From NCBI GenBank assembly GCA_965603825.1, contig CBFDEM010000037.1:519688-583687 (forward strand): a stretch of 64,000 bases of DNA, given 5' to 3'. The notes under the pieces are model-generated. The model saw nothing but the letters and a program-made list of their open reading frames with translations, did not search any database and was not told the DNA's origin. Positions 21,534-35,053 of this stretch are shown here, in pieces; positions within the stretch are counted from its first letter, which is position 1; each line of letters opens with the position of its first letter. The translations under genes and the position numbers were made by a program. The DNA comes from Blepharisma stoltei ATCC 30299. Its lineage: Eukaryota > Protista > Ciliophora.

Positions 21534-24500
21534 TTATCGAAACAGACTAATAATATTTTTAGGACGCTTGTTCTTCCTTTCATTTTGGATGTTATCTTCT
21601 TCGCTTTGTGAAAAATTCAAAATTTTGTAAAATATTTTCACAATTCTTTCAACGTCATTTGCCAAGGGTGGAGTGCCTTTGATGAGCTCTGAAAATAGAT
21701 TTTTCAAATAATTCAAATCTATCGATTCTAACTGTTTTATTTTAGCGTCATTTTCTCTGATTTGCTCTAACTGCTTTATTTTAGCGTCATTTTCTCTAAT
21801 TTGCTGCTTTAAGATATCAATCTGTTCTTGATTCAGCTTAAGTCTCCTCTTTTTTTCTAAATACTTAATGGTCTTTTTTTCTAGCTCATGCTTAATTTTT
21901 TCTAAATCACTTTTCAAATTACTAGAATTTGACTCAGACTCCACTTCTGATGTCAAATATATTTCAAACTCATTTTCAAAATCTACTGATACAAAAGGTG
22001 TATCTTTTATATGTGAAATTTCCCCAAAGACATCTCCAAAAATACACTCAGTCTGGCTTTCTTTAGCTTCAGTTTTTTTCGGTGGTGAAGACTGCTGTTT
22101 CAGCACATAAATCGATTTTAATATACTCCCTTGATAGTATTCTCCTAAAGCTGTTTTGATTTCATCTATATCTTCTTCTGATTCATTGACTTCATGAGAT
22201 AAAGAAAGCTGGTTTTCCTGATACCAAATATAATTTCCATCAGATTCTTTAACGAGAACCCATTTAATGCCATCTACTTTGACGCATTTTGCAATTACAA
22301 TAGGGACTGAGCAAGGATTAAGGTCTGGGTCTTCAAAATCTCTACTTTGCTTGCGAGAATGGGCTTTTAAGGATTTATTTTCTTGGACAAGGTTTGTTAT
22401 TTGTGTTTTGAGGTCTTTCAGCTGAGAAATATAAGGCTCTTTTGTATCTAAGGTAGGAGATCTTGATGGAGATTTTGAGATATTTTCATTATAAAATTTA
22501 ATAAGCATTTTTAAGTTTTCTGCTGTAGAAAGCTCATTAGACAGCTCTGATTTCAAAAGCTCGGAAATCTGTATATAAGAATCAATGCAAGTGCGAATAA
22601 TTTGTATGTCACTTTCAGATTCCACTGCTATTAAATTGGATTTAATGATATCTAAAGATAGATATTTGATTTCATCTTCTAAGTCGTCTTTATTTTCATT
22701 AGGCTTTGAGGAAAGAGAGATTTCTATAAGAGATTGAAGACGCTCTATCTCTTTTTCTAAATCATTTTTGGCGTTGTTTGACTCTTCTTTAAAACTAGAA
22801 AGAATTTTGGATGATTCTTCAATTTTTTGATTTTTATTAGAAATTTCCAATTGTAAGCTGTGGTTTTCTTCTGTCAATTTGTCTATCGTGTCCCTGTTAC
22901 TAACATTTTTCTTATAAATTTCTTCGTAGTTTCGCTTTCACGCCTCTAATTCATTGCTGATTTTTTTATTTATATCCCTTAAATTTTCATTGTCTTCTCT
23001 CAAACTTTTAATTGATTTTTCAAAATTTTCTTTTAAATCGCTCCAGCCTGCGCTTTTTGTTTGGCCTTCATATAATTTTATATGCAGCTGATTTATTTGT
23101 TCATTTAGAGCTGAATTTTTTTCAAATTCTTCCAAAATTTCTTTTTTGCTTAGTTTGATTTCTTCATCCTTTTTCAATATTATATTGCTGAATTCTTTAT
23201 TTCGTTTATCGCTTTTATCAATGATTTGAGATATCATTAAATTGTTTTCTTCTTTAAATTCTTTAATCTCCTTTGCAATATCGCTTAAATTACCTTTGAG
23301 ATTGTTTAATTTCAATTTATACCCACTCACATGTGAAACCAATAAAGCTTTTTCGTCTGAAAATTTTTTATTATTCAATAAAATTTCTTCGTCTTTTGTT
23401 CTTTTTATTTCATCAATTTTTTTATCCAAATTATCATTTTCTATTTTGAGATCCTCAATTGTGCCATTCAAGCTTTTTAATTTGTTGTCAAAATGATTGG
23501 CTTCTTCTTTAAGCTGAGCAATTATTTTTTCTTTATCTTCTAATTGGCTCTCTGCCTCTTGTAGCCTAGCTTCAACTTCTACTAATTTGTCTTTTAAAAG
23601 ATCTTTATTAGAGCCAATAACTTCTTTTAATTCATTTATTGTTGTCTCTTGATGAGAAATCGTTCTTTCATGATTTTCTATTTTTTCTTCTAATTTCTCA
23701 GTATTTTTGCTTAATTTTTTATTGTAATTAGAAAGCTGATCTTTTTCTTCAAGAGTTATTTCATGCTTTTCTTTAATTTCTATCAGTTTCATACATAGAG
23801 AATCATTACTCTTTTTTTCCTCTTCAAGATCTTCACTTATTTTAGCTATTTCGGTTGCTTTTTGGTGTGCGAGAGATACTTTTTCATTTTCGAGACATTT
23901 TGAAATTTGCTGCTCATTTGTTAAATCTTTTTGAAGCTTTATAATGGCATCTTCTTTTATTTTTAGCTGGTTTTCTAATGATTGAATATCTTTTCTGAAA
24001 TTATATATATCTGATTTATATTTCTCAATGAGAGACTCTGATTCCAAAATATTTTCTTTGAGCTTGCTCATTGCAATGGAATGATCATTTAAGTCTTCTG
24101 AGAGTTTTTTGATAATTTCATTTTTTTCATTGGACTCTTTATTTAAATCCTCAGTTAGTTTGCTGATAATTTGATTTTTTTCATTGGATTCTTTATTTAA
24201 ATCCTCAGTTAGTTTGCTGATTATTTGATTTTTTTCATTGGATTCTTTATTTAAATCCTCAATGAGTTTGCTGATAACTTGATTTTTTTCGCTTGATTCT
24301 TTATGTAAATCTTCAGTGAGTTTACTGATTATTTGAGTTTTTTCATTGATTTCTTTATTTAAATCTTCAGAGAGTTTGCTGATTTTTTTATTTTTTTCGT
24401 TTGATTTATTTAAAGCTTCAGTAAGTTTGCTGATTATTTGATTTTTTTCATTGGATTCTTTATTAAAATCTTCAGTTAGCTTTGAAATTAATTGATTTTT

Positions 24501-27500
24501 TTCATTTGATTCCTTTATTAAATCTTCATTGAGTTTGCTGATAATTTGATTTTTTTCATTCAATTCTTTGCTTAGATCTTCAGTGAGTTTGCTGATTATT
24601 TGATTTTTTTCACTAGATTCTTTATTCAAATCATCTGTCAGCTGGCTGATTATTTGATTTTTTTCATTCAATTCCTTATTTAAATCATCAATGAGATCGC
24701 TAATTATTTGATTTTTTTCATTGAACTTCTTATTGAAATCGTCAGCGAGTTTGCTAATTATTTGATCTTTTTCATTGATTTTTTCATTGAAATCTTCAGT
24801 GAGTCTGTTAATCATTTGATCTTTTTCATTAATCTTTTCATTGAAATCTTCAGTCAATTCGCTGATTATTTTATTTTTTTCATTGTAATCCTCAGTGAGC
24901 TTGTCGAAAACTTGCTTTTTTTCATTGAGTTCATCATGCACATCTTTAATTTCGCCTTCTAGCTTAAGTATATTTTGAGATAACTCGGTATTTTCTACCT
25001 CACACATACGAAGATTTTCAAATAAACGATCATTTTGCTCTTGATATTTGGTTTCTTTTGTTTCAAGCTCAATAATTTGATTTCTTAAAAATTCTAAGTC
25101 CTTATTCTTTTCACTGCTTTTAGATTCTGCTAGTGAAATCTGGTTTAATAAGTCTGATTTTTCTGCTTTTAAGGCTTGCAATTCTTTTGATAGCATATCA
25201 TTGTTACTTTTAATTTCCTCAAAAATAGAGAGTTTTTGGTATAAATCATTAATTGTGTTTTTGTTAAACTCCATATTTTCAGTTAGCTCTTTATTTTGAA
25301 TTTCAATTATTTCTTTATTCTTTGCTAATTTTTCTTTTTCTGCTTCAATAATTTCTAAATATTTTACCATCTCAAACTTTTCTGATTCAATTTCTTGTAA
25401 ATTAGTTATCTTCATTTTGAGCTCGTTTGTCACAATTTGCTGACTTTTATTTTCATTTTCCAAAACTTCTTTTTTAATTTTCAATATTTCAATGGATTTT
25501 AATAGCTCACTATTTTCACTTTCTAAAACTTTTGAGCTATTTTTTAAAGACTCAATGGTTTCTTCTAATATATTTTTATCATTTTCTTCTGTTTCTAATT
25601 TTTTCTCTAATTCATTTTTCTGGCTTTCAATTTCTTCACATTTCCTTCTGAATTCATCATCATGCTTTTCCAATATATTTTTTTCTGATTTAAGTTCCTC
25701 AACTTGTATAGATAGTTTATTGTTTTCTGCGACAATTTTTTCATAGTCTAAAAGAGTTTGCTTTAGCTCATTAATTTCTTTTTGTAGAATCGATTTTTGC
25801 TTATCTAGTTGTGCTGCAGCTTCTAAAGCGTCTTTTAATTGGTCTTGCTGCTGAGAATAGCTTAGATGGTATGTATTTAACTCATCTTGCAAGTTTTCTA
25901 AATAGTCTTGATTTAATTTTAGTTCATCGTTAAGCTCTTTAGATTTTTGCTCATACTTTTTATTTGTGCCTTCCAATTTAACTTCTAAGTCTTTTATCAA
26001 TAGTAATTTCGCCTCAATTTCATAAGTTAAATCTGTGTTTAAATTTTTCAAGCATTTCAATTCTTTTTCTAAGAAATCTTTTTCTTTAGATACAATAAGA
26101 AGCTTAGATTCCACTTCTTTGACATTATTGATGCAAGCTTCGTGCTGATTTGATTTTTCATAAAATTGTGAAATTTCATTTTGTAGGATATTAATTTTTT
26201 CATTATTTGAGTTTATAGCCGATTCTTTTTCTAATATTTTAGCATTTAGCAGCTCAATAGTTTTATTGGAATTTTTGAGATTTATTTCATTATCATTATA
26301 TGATTTCTTTAATGATTCAAGCTCGTTTTCTTGCTTACTATGGGCTTCCTTTAAAGAATTTAACTCATCTTTTAATGATAAATTATCATTTTGAGTTCTA
26401 AGAGCGTCTGTGTTCAAAAGAATCACTTCTTTTGCTTGGTTCGCATATTTTAGTTCTAAATCTTTGTGCTCTTTTGTTAAATCATCAAATTTTAATTTCA
26501 ATTTTTGAAGTTTTTCGTCTTTTGATTTGAGGTCTTGAATTAATCAATTTTTTTCTTCCAAAACGTTTTCTAGGTGCACTTTGCTAGCTTTTTCTTTATT
26601 TTCTAAAAAGTTTTTTGAGTTGGCTGCCTCTAAAAGCTCGTCTTTTAGTTCTTCATTGATAAAGTGCAAATTTTCAATCTCTGTAGATAGTGATGATATT
26701 TTGAAATTTTGGTCTTCAAATTTAGCTTTGTAATCGTCAAGACTTTGATTTAATCTTATAAGCTCATTCCGATATGTTTTGGCTTCATTTTCTGTGTCAT
26801 ATTTTAATTGAGCAATTTTTTCGAATAAATCTTTTTCTTTTTTGCAAGAGATATCTAATTCTTTTTTAAGCTTGGCATTTTCAGCATCATCTCCTTTATG
26901 TTTTTCTGCGTCTTTCCTCAGATTTAATATTGTTTGCTCATTAATTTGAATAGACTTTTGAATATTTTTTAGCATATCATTTGATTTCTCAATATCTTTT
27001 ATCATCTCATTTTTTTCGTTCTCCAACTCATTCTTTTTATCCTTTAAATCATAAATTTCCATAAGTAATTTTTCTACTCTTGCTCCTGCAATAGATATCT
27101 CTTCTTTATGTTTTTTATTTAGTCCAATTACTTCGTCATTTTTATCATGCAATTCATTTTCAAGGTCTTTTATTTGTGATCCAATCCCTTGATAATTTTC
27201 ATCTAATTCCTTATATTTCTTTTGTAAATCTTGATACTTTTTATTCAAATCATTTTTCTCGGTCGTCAATTGAAGAATTTCAGAACTTTTAGCTTTGATT
27301 TTGCTATCAAGAAGTTCTTCCATAGAAATATGTTTTTCGAGTTCAGACTGAAGTATTTTTAATTTTCTTTCTAAGCTGTCAATTGTTTCTTTTCTTTTAT
27401 TATTAAGACTAGTATAAGAAATCATTGTATCAAAAATGCTCTGAAGCTTCCCATGCATATTTTTAAATGAGTTCTCAAATAAATCTATTTTATCTTCGAC

Positions 27501-28940
27501 ATTGCTATTTATCGCCCTCATTTGTTTTTGTATGTCATTTTCAAATTTTATTATCAAATCTTGGATTTTTTCTTTAGAAATTTTATTGCTGGCTTGCAAA
27601 GTCCTTTTCAAATCATCAATGGTATCTCCGTAACGCTCTGTTATTTTAGGAGATCTTCTGTCTGCAGGCTTATTAGACCTTAAATGAGTTTTTCTTTCCG
27701 GCTTTTTAATAAAGGAATTAGTAGTTTTTCCAAAAGGCTTTGATTGTACAAATTCAATTGTTTCATATTGTGAGCATGAAGATCCTTTATTTGTTTCAGA
27801 TGCTTTTGGAGATTCTAGTGGACTTAGCATAGGACTTTCTTGTCTAGATCTACTTATACTTCGATTATCTTGAGTTTTATATTGAAGATTTCCCCAATCG
27901 CCACTTGTTAGTGTCATCTCGTGTCTAAAACTATCTTCAACTAAATTTTGTGCGACTTTAGAAAATCCTAACAGTTTTTTTTGTAAAGAATCTAATTTAC
28001 TTTGAAATAAGGCTTTTTCATTTTCATAATCTTGAATCAAAGACTTTGATGTAGTTTCTTTTCATGTTTTAAGCAGGTCTCTTTCTTCTTTAATTCTTTG
28101 TAACTCTTCTTTTATTTTTTTTAACTCAAATTTCAAATCTTCTGCACTACTTTTCCTATTTGGAGACATCATAGTTCTAAATCTATTGACTGGCTCATTA
28201 CTCAAGTTTTTCGATTTAGGCAATGTTTTTGAAAGTGCGTCGCCAATTTCAAAATCATTTTTAAGTTTTTTGTTCTCATCCACCAAAGACTCAATTTTGT
28301 TGTGAAATTGTTGGATTTTATATTCAAGTTTAATATTTTCAAGCTTTTTCTTATTCAAAAGGTCTTTTAGCTCTTCAATTTTTTCATCAGCTTCTTTTTT
28401 ACTTTCTATTATTGACTTCAATATTTCTTGATATCTCTGGACTTCTCTGGCATTATGGGTTTCTCCTCCACTGTCAACGTCCATATCAGCTTTTTCAAAC
28501 ATTTGGCTTCAAATATAATCTTTTAATTCCGAAAATAATTCTAAGGCTTCTTCTTTATAATTTGTCCTCCGAGAAAGCAATGGGATTATTCTTTCTCGAA
28601 CAAACTCTATTTTTGTAACTATATTTTTAAAAATCTTTTGGATTCCTGCTTGCCCTATTTGATTGTAATAAGTTGAATCATACTTCGTACGGTCAGGGGA
28701 TAAATGATTAAATGTTGAAAGAAATTCATCTGAAAAGAAGCTATTCGGGGAGGTGTTTTGTGGCTTCTCGTCCATAAGTTGCGAGCACTGGCCGACAAAT
28801 TGATTGTATTTTTTTTCTAATCCTGCTATTTTTTCGTGTAAACAAGTTACTACATTTGAAGGAGGTAAAATTTTGCCTGGATTTAGAGATGAAGAATTAG
28901 CGGCACTAGGTGCTGGCATATCTAAACTTCTGTGCCTCAT
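21534..28940 (-). CDS. Giant coiled-coil protein (2468 aa) with C-terminal GRIP-like domain (golgin-like)
   Basis: Five ORFs join in frame through TGA at 28509, 28062, 26544 and 22938; C-terminal IDLNYLKNLF..IVKIFYKILNFSQSEE is GRIP-like. Confidence 0.8.
24085..24930 (-). repeat. 54-bp (18-aa) coding tandem array
   Basis: About 15 units of NEKNQIISKLTEDLNKES. Confidence 0.9.
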
Positions 28941-29413
28941 TTAAAAATTATGGAGCTATTATTTTACTTTCAAGTAAAAAGTTGGAGATAAATGGCTGAC
29001 TAAACTTTTAAACTTAAGTCAAAATATTATTTATTTATTATCTACGTCCCTGCTTCAACAGAATTAAGAATTTCTTAATGCAAAGCAATTAAAAAATAAA
29101 AAGGAAAATATTATCCAAAATTATTTAAATTAATTTTTACTTTATTGTCGAGAAATTCCTTAAATAGTCAGAATTGCATTAAGCATAAAGAAATTAGCGA
29201 CATTTTCTTAAAAAACTTTATAAATAGCAATCCATTCATATATAGCAAAAGCAACTCGTTCAGCCTGATTTTTGATATCTATTTAACTCTTTTAATTAAA
29301 AAATATTTTAAATAAAAATACACTTTTCTTTTCCATATATTATAAGTGAATTTTTGGAAATTTCTTCCTAATGTTTTAAGGGCTTTATTTAGTAACTAGC
29401 CTTATAAAAATAA

Positions 29414-29689
29414 ATGGCTTCTATTGACGAAATTCTAGCTGACGAACAAAAACTCGCAGAGGTGACTAAAGCAGTCTTTGACCAAGTTGATGCTGATCAA
29501 TCTGGCCAAATCGATAGAAGAGAGCTCAAACTCGCCATGGCTCAAGTTGCCCGTGAAGCTAACATTGAAGCACCAAGTGACCAATCAGTTGACCAAGCCC
29601 TGAAAGTTTTAGATGCTGATGGAAGTGGAACTATTGATGTCAATGAATTCAAAGTACTCATTAGACAACTTTTAGAAGCTTTAAGATAA
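29414..29689 (+). CDS. Two-EF-hand calcium-binding protein
   Basis: Loops DADQSGQIDRRE and DADGSGTIDVNE. Confidence 0.93.
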   Translation: MASIDEILADEQKLAEVTKAVFDQVDADQSGQIDRRELKLAMAQVAREANIEAPSDQSVDQALKVLDADGSGTIDVNEFKVLIRQLLEALR

Positions 29690-30023
29690 AAATTTCTTTT
29701 CACTCTTAAATTAAATGTCTCGGTTATTTAAGAAACGGCTTGGCAAATTAAATAAATATCCCACCATCAGGATTCTACAAGTTTATATATGATGAAAGCA
29801 ATTTTCTGATTTATGATGAATATTTTCAACTCAAGAACTTAGAAAATTTTTAAGTCGTTATTATGGAGCTTATAAGCTTCAAAACATTTAAAAATAATAG
29901 CTGCTTTTATATCAAAAAATGCCATCAGAAGCAATTTTCAAAAAATAAAATGTTTAAATACGGAGAAAATTTCGAACAGAAAATATCCATCTAATAGTAA
30001 TATCTGACATTATATAATAAAGC

Positions 30024-30455
30024 ATGGAAGAATTATTTGGACCTACACTTATGAGCAAGCATGGGCCAGTCCCAACAGCCTCTCTCAGCAACGCCAGATA
30101 CGTATTGATTTATTTCTCAGCCCACTGGTGTCCTCCTTGCAGAGCGTTTACCCCTAAACTTGCACTATTTTATGAATCTGTGAACTCAGCCCATAAACAA
30201 GTTGAAGTTATTTTTTCAAGCGCTGATAGGTCTCCTGACCAATTCCAAGAATACTTTGAAACTATGCCTTGGCTTGCAATTCCATTTCCAGATCAAGCTC
30301 ATAGGAATGGGGTAGCTCAAAGGTACGGGGTTTCAGGAATTCCTATGTTGGTTTTGATTGATAGACAAGGGAATGCAAAGAGAACTCAATGCAGAGAAGA
30401 TGTCATGCAAAAAGGACCATTGTGCTTAGCTGATTGGGATAGTGCTTTACGTTAA
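30024..30455 (+). CDS. Nucleoredoxin/tryparedoxin-like thioredoxin
   Basis: YFSAHWCPPCRAFTP, MPWLAIPF, VSGIPMLV. Confidence 0.95.
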   Translation: MEELFGPTLMSKHGPVPTASLSNARYVLIYFSAHWCPPCRAFTPKLALFYESVNSAHKQVEVIFSSADRSPDQFQEYFETMPWLAIPFPDQAHRNGVAQRYGVSGIPMLVLIDRQGNAKRTQCREDVMQKGPLCLADWDSALR

Positions 30456-30923
30456 TAAATTAGATTCTGATAAGTATAAGTAATTCATATAGGTATAATT
30501 TTTGGAAATTTTATATGACTGGATATCTTTTGTGCCTTTTAAGGACAAATTTAGATAGAAATTGAAGAAAACTTAGAAAGTAAAAGCAAAAAATTGATTT
30601 TAATTAAAAATCACTTATAATAACTCAAAGGAAATTACTTTATAAAATTCTTATATAACTCCCCATATGGCATGTAATATTCCCAATTGTTGCATTATTC
30701 TCTATAAATTTCTTATAAGATGCTTATCTAATTCAATTTATCCTAAACTCTTAATCTTATTTACTAAATAATTCTTTATTTATTTCTTAATTTCTTTATC
30801 TTTTTCGTTTTAAGAATGTTGGAGAGTGTGTAGCAGGTAAATTAACTCACATTTCCCTGTTGTTGCCTCTCCGTTTTTACATTTATAAATTCCCTTTTTC
30901 ATCGATTTTAATTCATATTTACT

Positions 30924-33005
30924 ATGAATAAGAGAAGTCTTGAAGGCCAGCGCGTCAAAAAGAACAAAGGCATGCTTGAAAAAGAAGAAATTGCCCAATA
31001 CGATGATGCTGGGAATTTAATATCAGTTACCTACAAATATAAAAATCCAGTCCTTTCTATTTTTGAAGACGATCTTTATGCTGAGCTGTATAACGCCCGC
31101 TGCCATGACACAGGAGAACCATTAGATGCTGATGGGGCACGTAATTTCCGTGAAGACGTTTTAAAGCGAAATGACCAAAATACTGAAGTGATAAATTTGA
31201 ATGGTATGCGCCTGGGAATTAACTCCATCATTTCTCTCGCTAACTCTTTAATCTGCCGAAAATTAACCAAGCTTAATTTAGCTGATAATGCTATATCAGA
31301 CTATGGAATGCACGCTGTAAAAAATATTTTGGAGTCAACTGATATTGAGCAGCTGAATTTAGCTTCAAATATGATATCTGGGGATGGGCTGGAAAATTTA
31401 GTCGATGTCATTAGTAATCATCCGACTCTAAAAGTCCTTAACTTAGGTCTACAAGAAGGAAGCATGAGGAAAAACTCCTTGGGTTTGCAAGGAGCAACTT
31501 GTTTAGCAGCAATTTTATTAAAAAATTCTTCTATTGATACACTTATATTGGAAGATAATGATATTGGCGCCAATGGAGGAGAATGTTTTGGAATTGCGTT
31601 GACTCAGAATATGTCACTAAAAAACTTGAAAATCTCAGAAAATGAATTAAGGACTGAAGGTGCGATGTTTATTATTAAAAATGCGAATAAACTTGAAAGC
31701 TTAGATTTAAGCAAAAATTACATAACTGCTCAAGCGGGGCCGACTATTGAAAAACTAATCCTTTCCTCCAAAAAGCTCAAAAAATTAGTTTTAGAATATA
31801 ATGAATTACTTCCCTCAGGCGCAGAGTTCGTTGCAAATGGTTTACGAAAAAATACAACTCTTGCATCTCTAAATTTAAAAGGCAACATCCTCGGAGATGA
31901 TGGAATTTTCCATCTCGTAGAAACTCTCAGAACCAATCGTACAATAAGAGAACTAAACATCGCCCTCAATGAAATCGGTCCCTTAGGTGCTTCAGCTGTC
32001 GCTCAAATGTTACCACAAACCAAAATCCGTTCCTTAAATATGAGCAAAAATTATTTGGGCGATGAAGCTGCTATTGCATTTTCCAATATTTTAAGCTCCC
32101 CTGATTATCCTTGCAAAATTGAAAATCTAAACTTAGGGTCCTGCAGAATTGGTGACCGAGGTGTCGAGACTTTTTTTACTTCAATTGTCAACAACAAATA
32201 TTTAACTCAACTAAATTTTTCTGACAATTTTATATCAGAAAAACTAGAAGGACTCCTCCTTGAATGCCTCGACGCTAATTATTTCCTCTGCAAAGTCCTT
32301 TTAGCTGGCAACAGACTCAGCCACGCCTGTATTTCTCGAATAAAAAAAATTTGTGAAAGAAACAAAAGGGAACGTGAAAACGCTGAGCCAAATCGTCTTA
32401 AAAATGAACAATATAGGCTTGAATATGAACGAAGAAAACTCGCAGAAGCCGAAGATCTGCTACACAAGCAAATTAGTGAGGTAGACAAAGTAAAAGAGCT
32501 TAGAGAAGACGTGATGACACAAATAGAAGTTTTAAGAGAAAATGAAAAAGCTAAAAGAGAACTAGAACGACAAAAAATCCAAGAAGAACAGACTATGATC
32601 GCTGACAAAGAAAACAGAATTGCAAAGGCAAAAATGGAATTAGAGGCGATGAAAAATAAATATAGGAAAACTATTGAAGAAATGAAGCAAGAATATGAAG
32701 AAAAATTGGCGAAAAAAGAACAGATTCAACAGGAAATTAAACAGCTAGAAGAAGAAAATAGGGATTTAGAAACGGATATGCCAGAAATTATTAGAGAGTT
32801 GCAGGAGAAGATACAAGCGACGAGGAAAGAAACTAATGCAATTGAAGAAGAAACAAGACTGGTGAGGGAGGAAATGAATAAGGTAGAACAAGAATTGAAT
32901 GTCTTGAGAGCTTCGAGGCCCCCAGAAACTAATGTGCAGCCTGAGCCGGCAAGTGCAGCGAAAGAGCCAGCAAAAGCAAAAAAGAAAGGAAAAAGTAAAA
33001 AATAA
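30924..33005 (+). CDS. RI-type leucine-rich repeat protein with C-terminal coiled coil
   Basis: Many LxxLxLxxNxIxxxG repeats, then an E/K-rich coiled coil. Confidence 0.92.
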   Translation: MNKRSLEGQRVKKNKGMLEKEEIAQYDDAGNLISVTYKYKNPVLSIFEDDLYAELYNARCHDTGEPLDADGARNFREDVLKRNDQNTEVINLNGMRLGINSIISLANSLICRKLTKLNLADNAISDYGMHAVKNILESTDIEQLNLASNMISGDGLENLVDVISNHPTLKVLNLGLQEGSMRKNSLGLQGATCLAAILLKNSSIDTLILEDNDIGANGGECFGIALTQNMSLKNLKISENELRTEGAMFIIKNANKLESLDLSKNYITAQAGPTIEKLILSSKKLKKLVLEYNELLPSGAEFVANGLRKNTTLASLNLKGNILGDDGIFHLVETLRTNRTIRELNIALNEIGPLGASAVAQMLPQTKIRSLNMSKNYLGDEAAIAFSNILSSPDYPCKIENLNLGSCRIGDRGVETFFTSIVNNKYLTQLNFSDNFISEKLEGLLLECLDANYFLCKVLLAGNRLSHACISRIKKICERNKRERENAEPNRLKNEQYRLEYERRKLAEAEDLLHKQISEVDKVKELREDVMTQIEVLRENEKAKRELERQKIQEEQTMIADKENRIAKAKMELEAMKNKYRKTIEEMKQEYEEKLAKKEQIQQEIKQLEEENRDLETDMPEIIRELQEKIQATRKETNAIEEETRLVREEMNKVEQELNVLRASRPPETNVQPEPASAAKEPAKAKKKGKSKK

Positions 33006-33059
33006 CTTAAGATTTTTAATGGAGAATTAATATTTAATAGAGGTAAATATGTAGTCGAT

Positions 33060-34031
33060 TTAAAGATCTACCATTTTTGGAATTTCTTCTCTAGGAATTT
33101 TCTTGTTCAATATATCCCAATCAAATAGGTCTGGAATCTTTGATGGAATAGGGAAATATTCTAATATTTCTTCAAAATAAGGATGTTGCAGACATTTTTC
33201 GGCGTCTCATCTTTTTAATGGGTTAAAAGCAAGCATTTTGTTAAGCAAATCTATCAATAATTTATCATCATGCTCTATTATATTTTGGCTTTCCGATGCT
33301 TGTAAAGATGATAATTTTTTAAAATATTTATCCTCAACAAAAAACATATCATCTTCATTTGGCTTCCCTATTTTGCAAATAATTCCGATTAAAGTACTGA
33401 AAAGGCTTCTCTTTAAAAGAACTGATTTCCTCCTGGCTACAAGTTCATATAATAGTCATCCGCAGCTTCAAATATCAGCTTTCCCTGTTATAGCTGGGGC
33501 CTTACAGATTATTTCTGGAGCACAAATTGTTCAATCTGTAATAATATCATTATATTCTTTGTTTATTTCTGTGGCAAATCAAAAGTCTGCAAATTTCACA
33601 TCACAATCTTCATTAATCCAAATTGCTTGTGGGCAAATATGATTATGCACAATCCCAGCTGAATGCAAAGCATATAATCCTTGTAAAACTTGATAAATAA
33701 TAAGCTTAAAATCATTATTTTCCAAAGGGCAGTTAGAATATATAACTTCGTGTAAATCGCATAGTAAATATTCTGTCACCAAAAAGTATTTTTCATTTTT
33801 GTAATGTATACTGAAGCGATTCAATATATTTTCATGATCTAAATGCCTCATGATTTCTATGCATTTGAGCTGTTTTCTAGGATAATCTTCAGATAAAAGA
33901 TTTATCTCTTCAATAGCTGCTATATTGCCATTTTCCTTATTTCGAGCTTTGGTTCTTGGATACAAAAAGGTATTTCGCAAATAATCATTAAGTATGTCGT
34001 AACTTTTTCCATTACAAAAATCAATTTGCAT
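33060..34031 (-). CDS. MAPK-like pseudokinase (323 aa)
   Basis: HLDHENIL, YQVLQGLYALHSAGIVHNHICP, INEDCDVKFADFW, APE, DIW(TGA)SCG, KMLAFNPLKRW, LQHPYF; catalytic motifs are degenerate. Confidence 0.85.
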
Positions 34032-34168
34032 TTTATAAAAGATAATTTTATTTAAAAGAGATATTAAAATTTGCAAATATATATCTCTCCCGAGAGATCT
34101 ATAAATATTATTATTTTAATTGAAAACCTTACTCCTTTATTACTATTTTAGCTAATCGTTATATTAAC

Positions 34169-34903
34169 CTACACACCAGTCCCTGCAAACTCTGAAATTC
34201 CAAGCTTTGGGAAAAGCCAAAAATTCGCAAAAATAATTCCCCCTACAATCACTATCATATGAACTATATTAAAATATCTCAGCCAGCCAAAATTGCTATA
34301 AGCTCTTCTGAATTTATCGTTATAAACCATAAAAATGACCACTCCACTTTTCCCAGCCCTTCCTTTCAGCATCTGAATTTGTGCTTCTTTTAACCCAACA
34401 GTACTCAATGCAGAAATTGGCAACTCATAATATGCATTCATTAATCCGGCTTGTCTGCATATTTCTGGGTCAAAAATCATGTACTGAAATGGGTTCTTGC
34501 TGATTTTTGCATTTAAATTATGGATTTTTCTCTGTTTTTCATAGAATAAAAGTATAATAAACCAAATAGTAAAATCAATTATGTTCAAATACGGAATTAT
34601 TCCTATAGCAAAGCTTGCTAAAAATGACAGCACTAAGAAAAGGCAGTTTGAGTCTGCACGAATCCTGGTAAACCACCTCAGCATTCAAGCTTTATAAAAT
34701 CAATTATTTGTGAGTTTTTCATAATGACCATTCTCATTGGTGCGATTGCATTTAGCATTAAATTGTTTTATGGCATGATTGTATACTTCAATAGGGTCTT
34801 CTGAAGGGATATTCACTTTGCTTCCTGAGTCACTGCCTCCAGTTCCTTTAAGATTCTGAAAGAATGCTTCTTTCAACAGCTTAGTCGACATTACAGCAGC
34901 CAT
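34169..34903 (-). CDS. Hypothetical membrane protein (244 aa)
   Basis: Two ORFs joined through two TGA codons (NNWFYKAWML); about 3 hydrophobic segments. Confidence 0.75.
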
Positions 34904-35053
34904 TTTATAATATATTTCATTATCTTTTATCTTGTTCCTGATTAATTTATCTCCTCTTTACATATATATTTACTTACATTTTTCATCCAAAAATCTTTTA
35001 TGATGGAAGTTTCTTTTCATCAGTTATTTATCCTAATTTTCCTTATAATTTAA

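Noticed and set aside
24085-24930. 54-bp array as CRISPR or mobile element
   Set aside because: No spacers; it is an in-frame coding repeat in a eukaryotic gene.
29785-29850. ATGATGA..CTGA..ATGATGA as a box C/D snoRNA
   Set aside because: No terminal D box or stem seen; expected by chance in AT-rich DNA.
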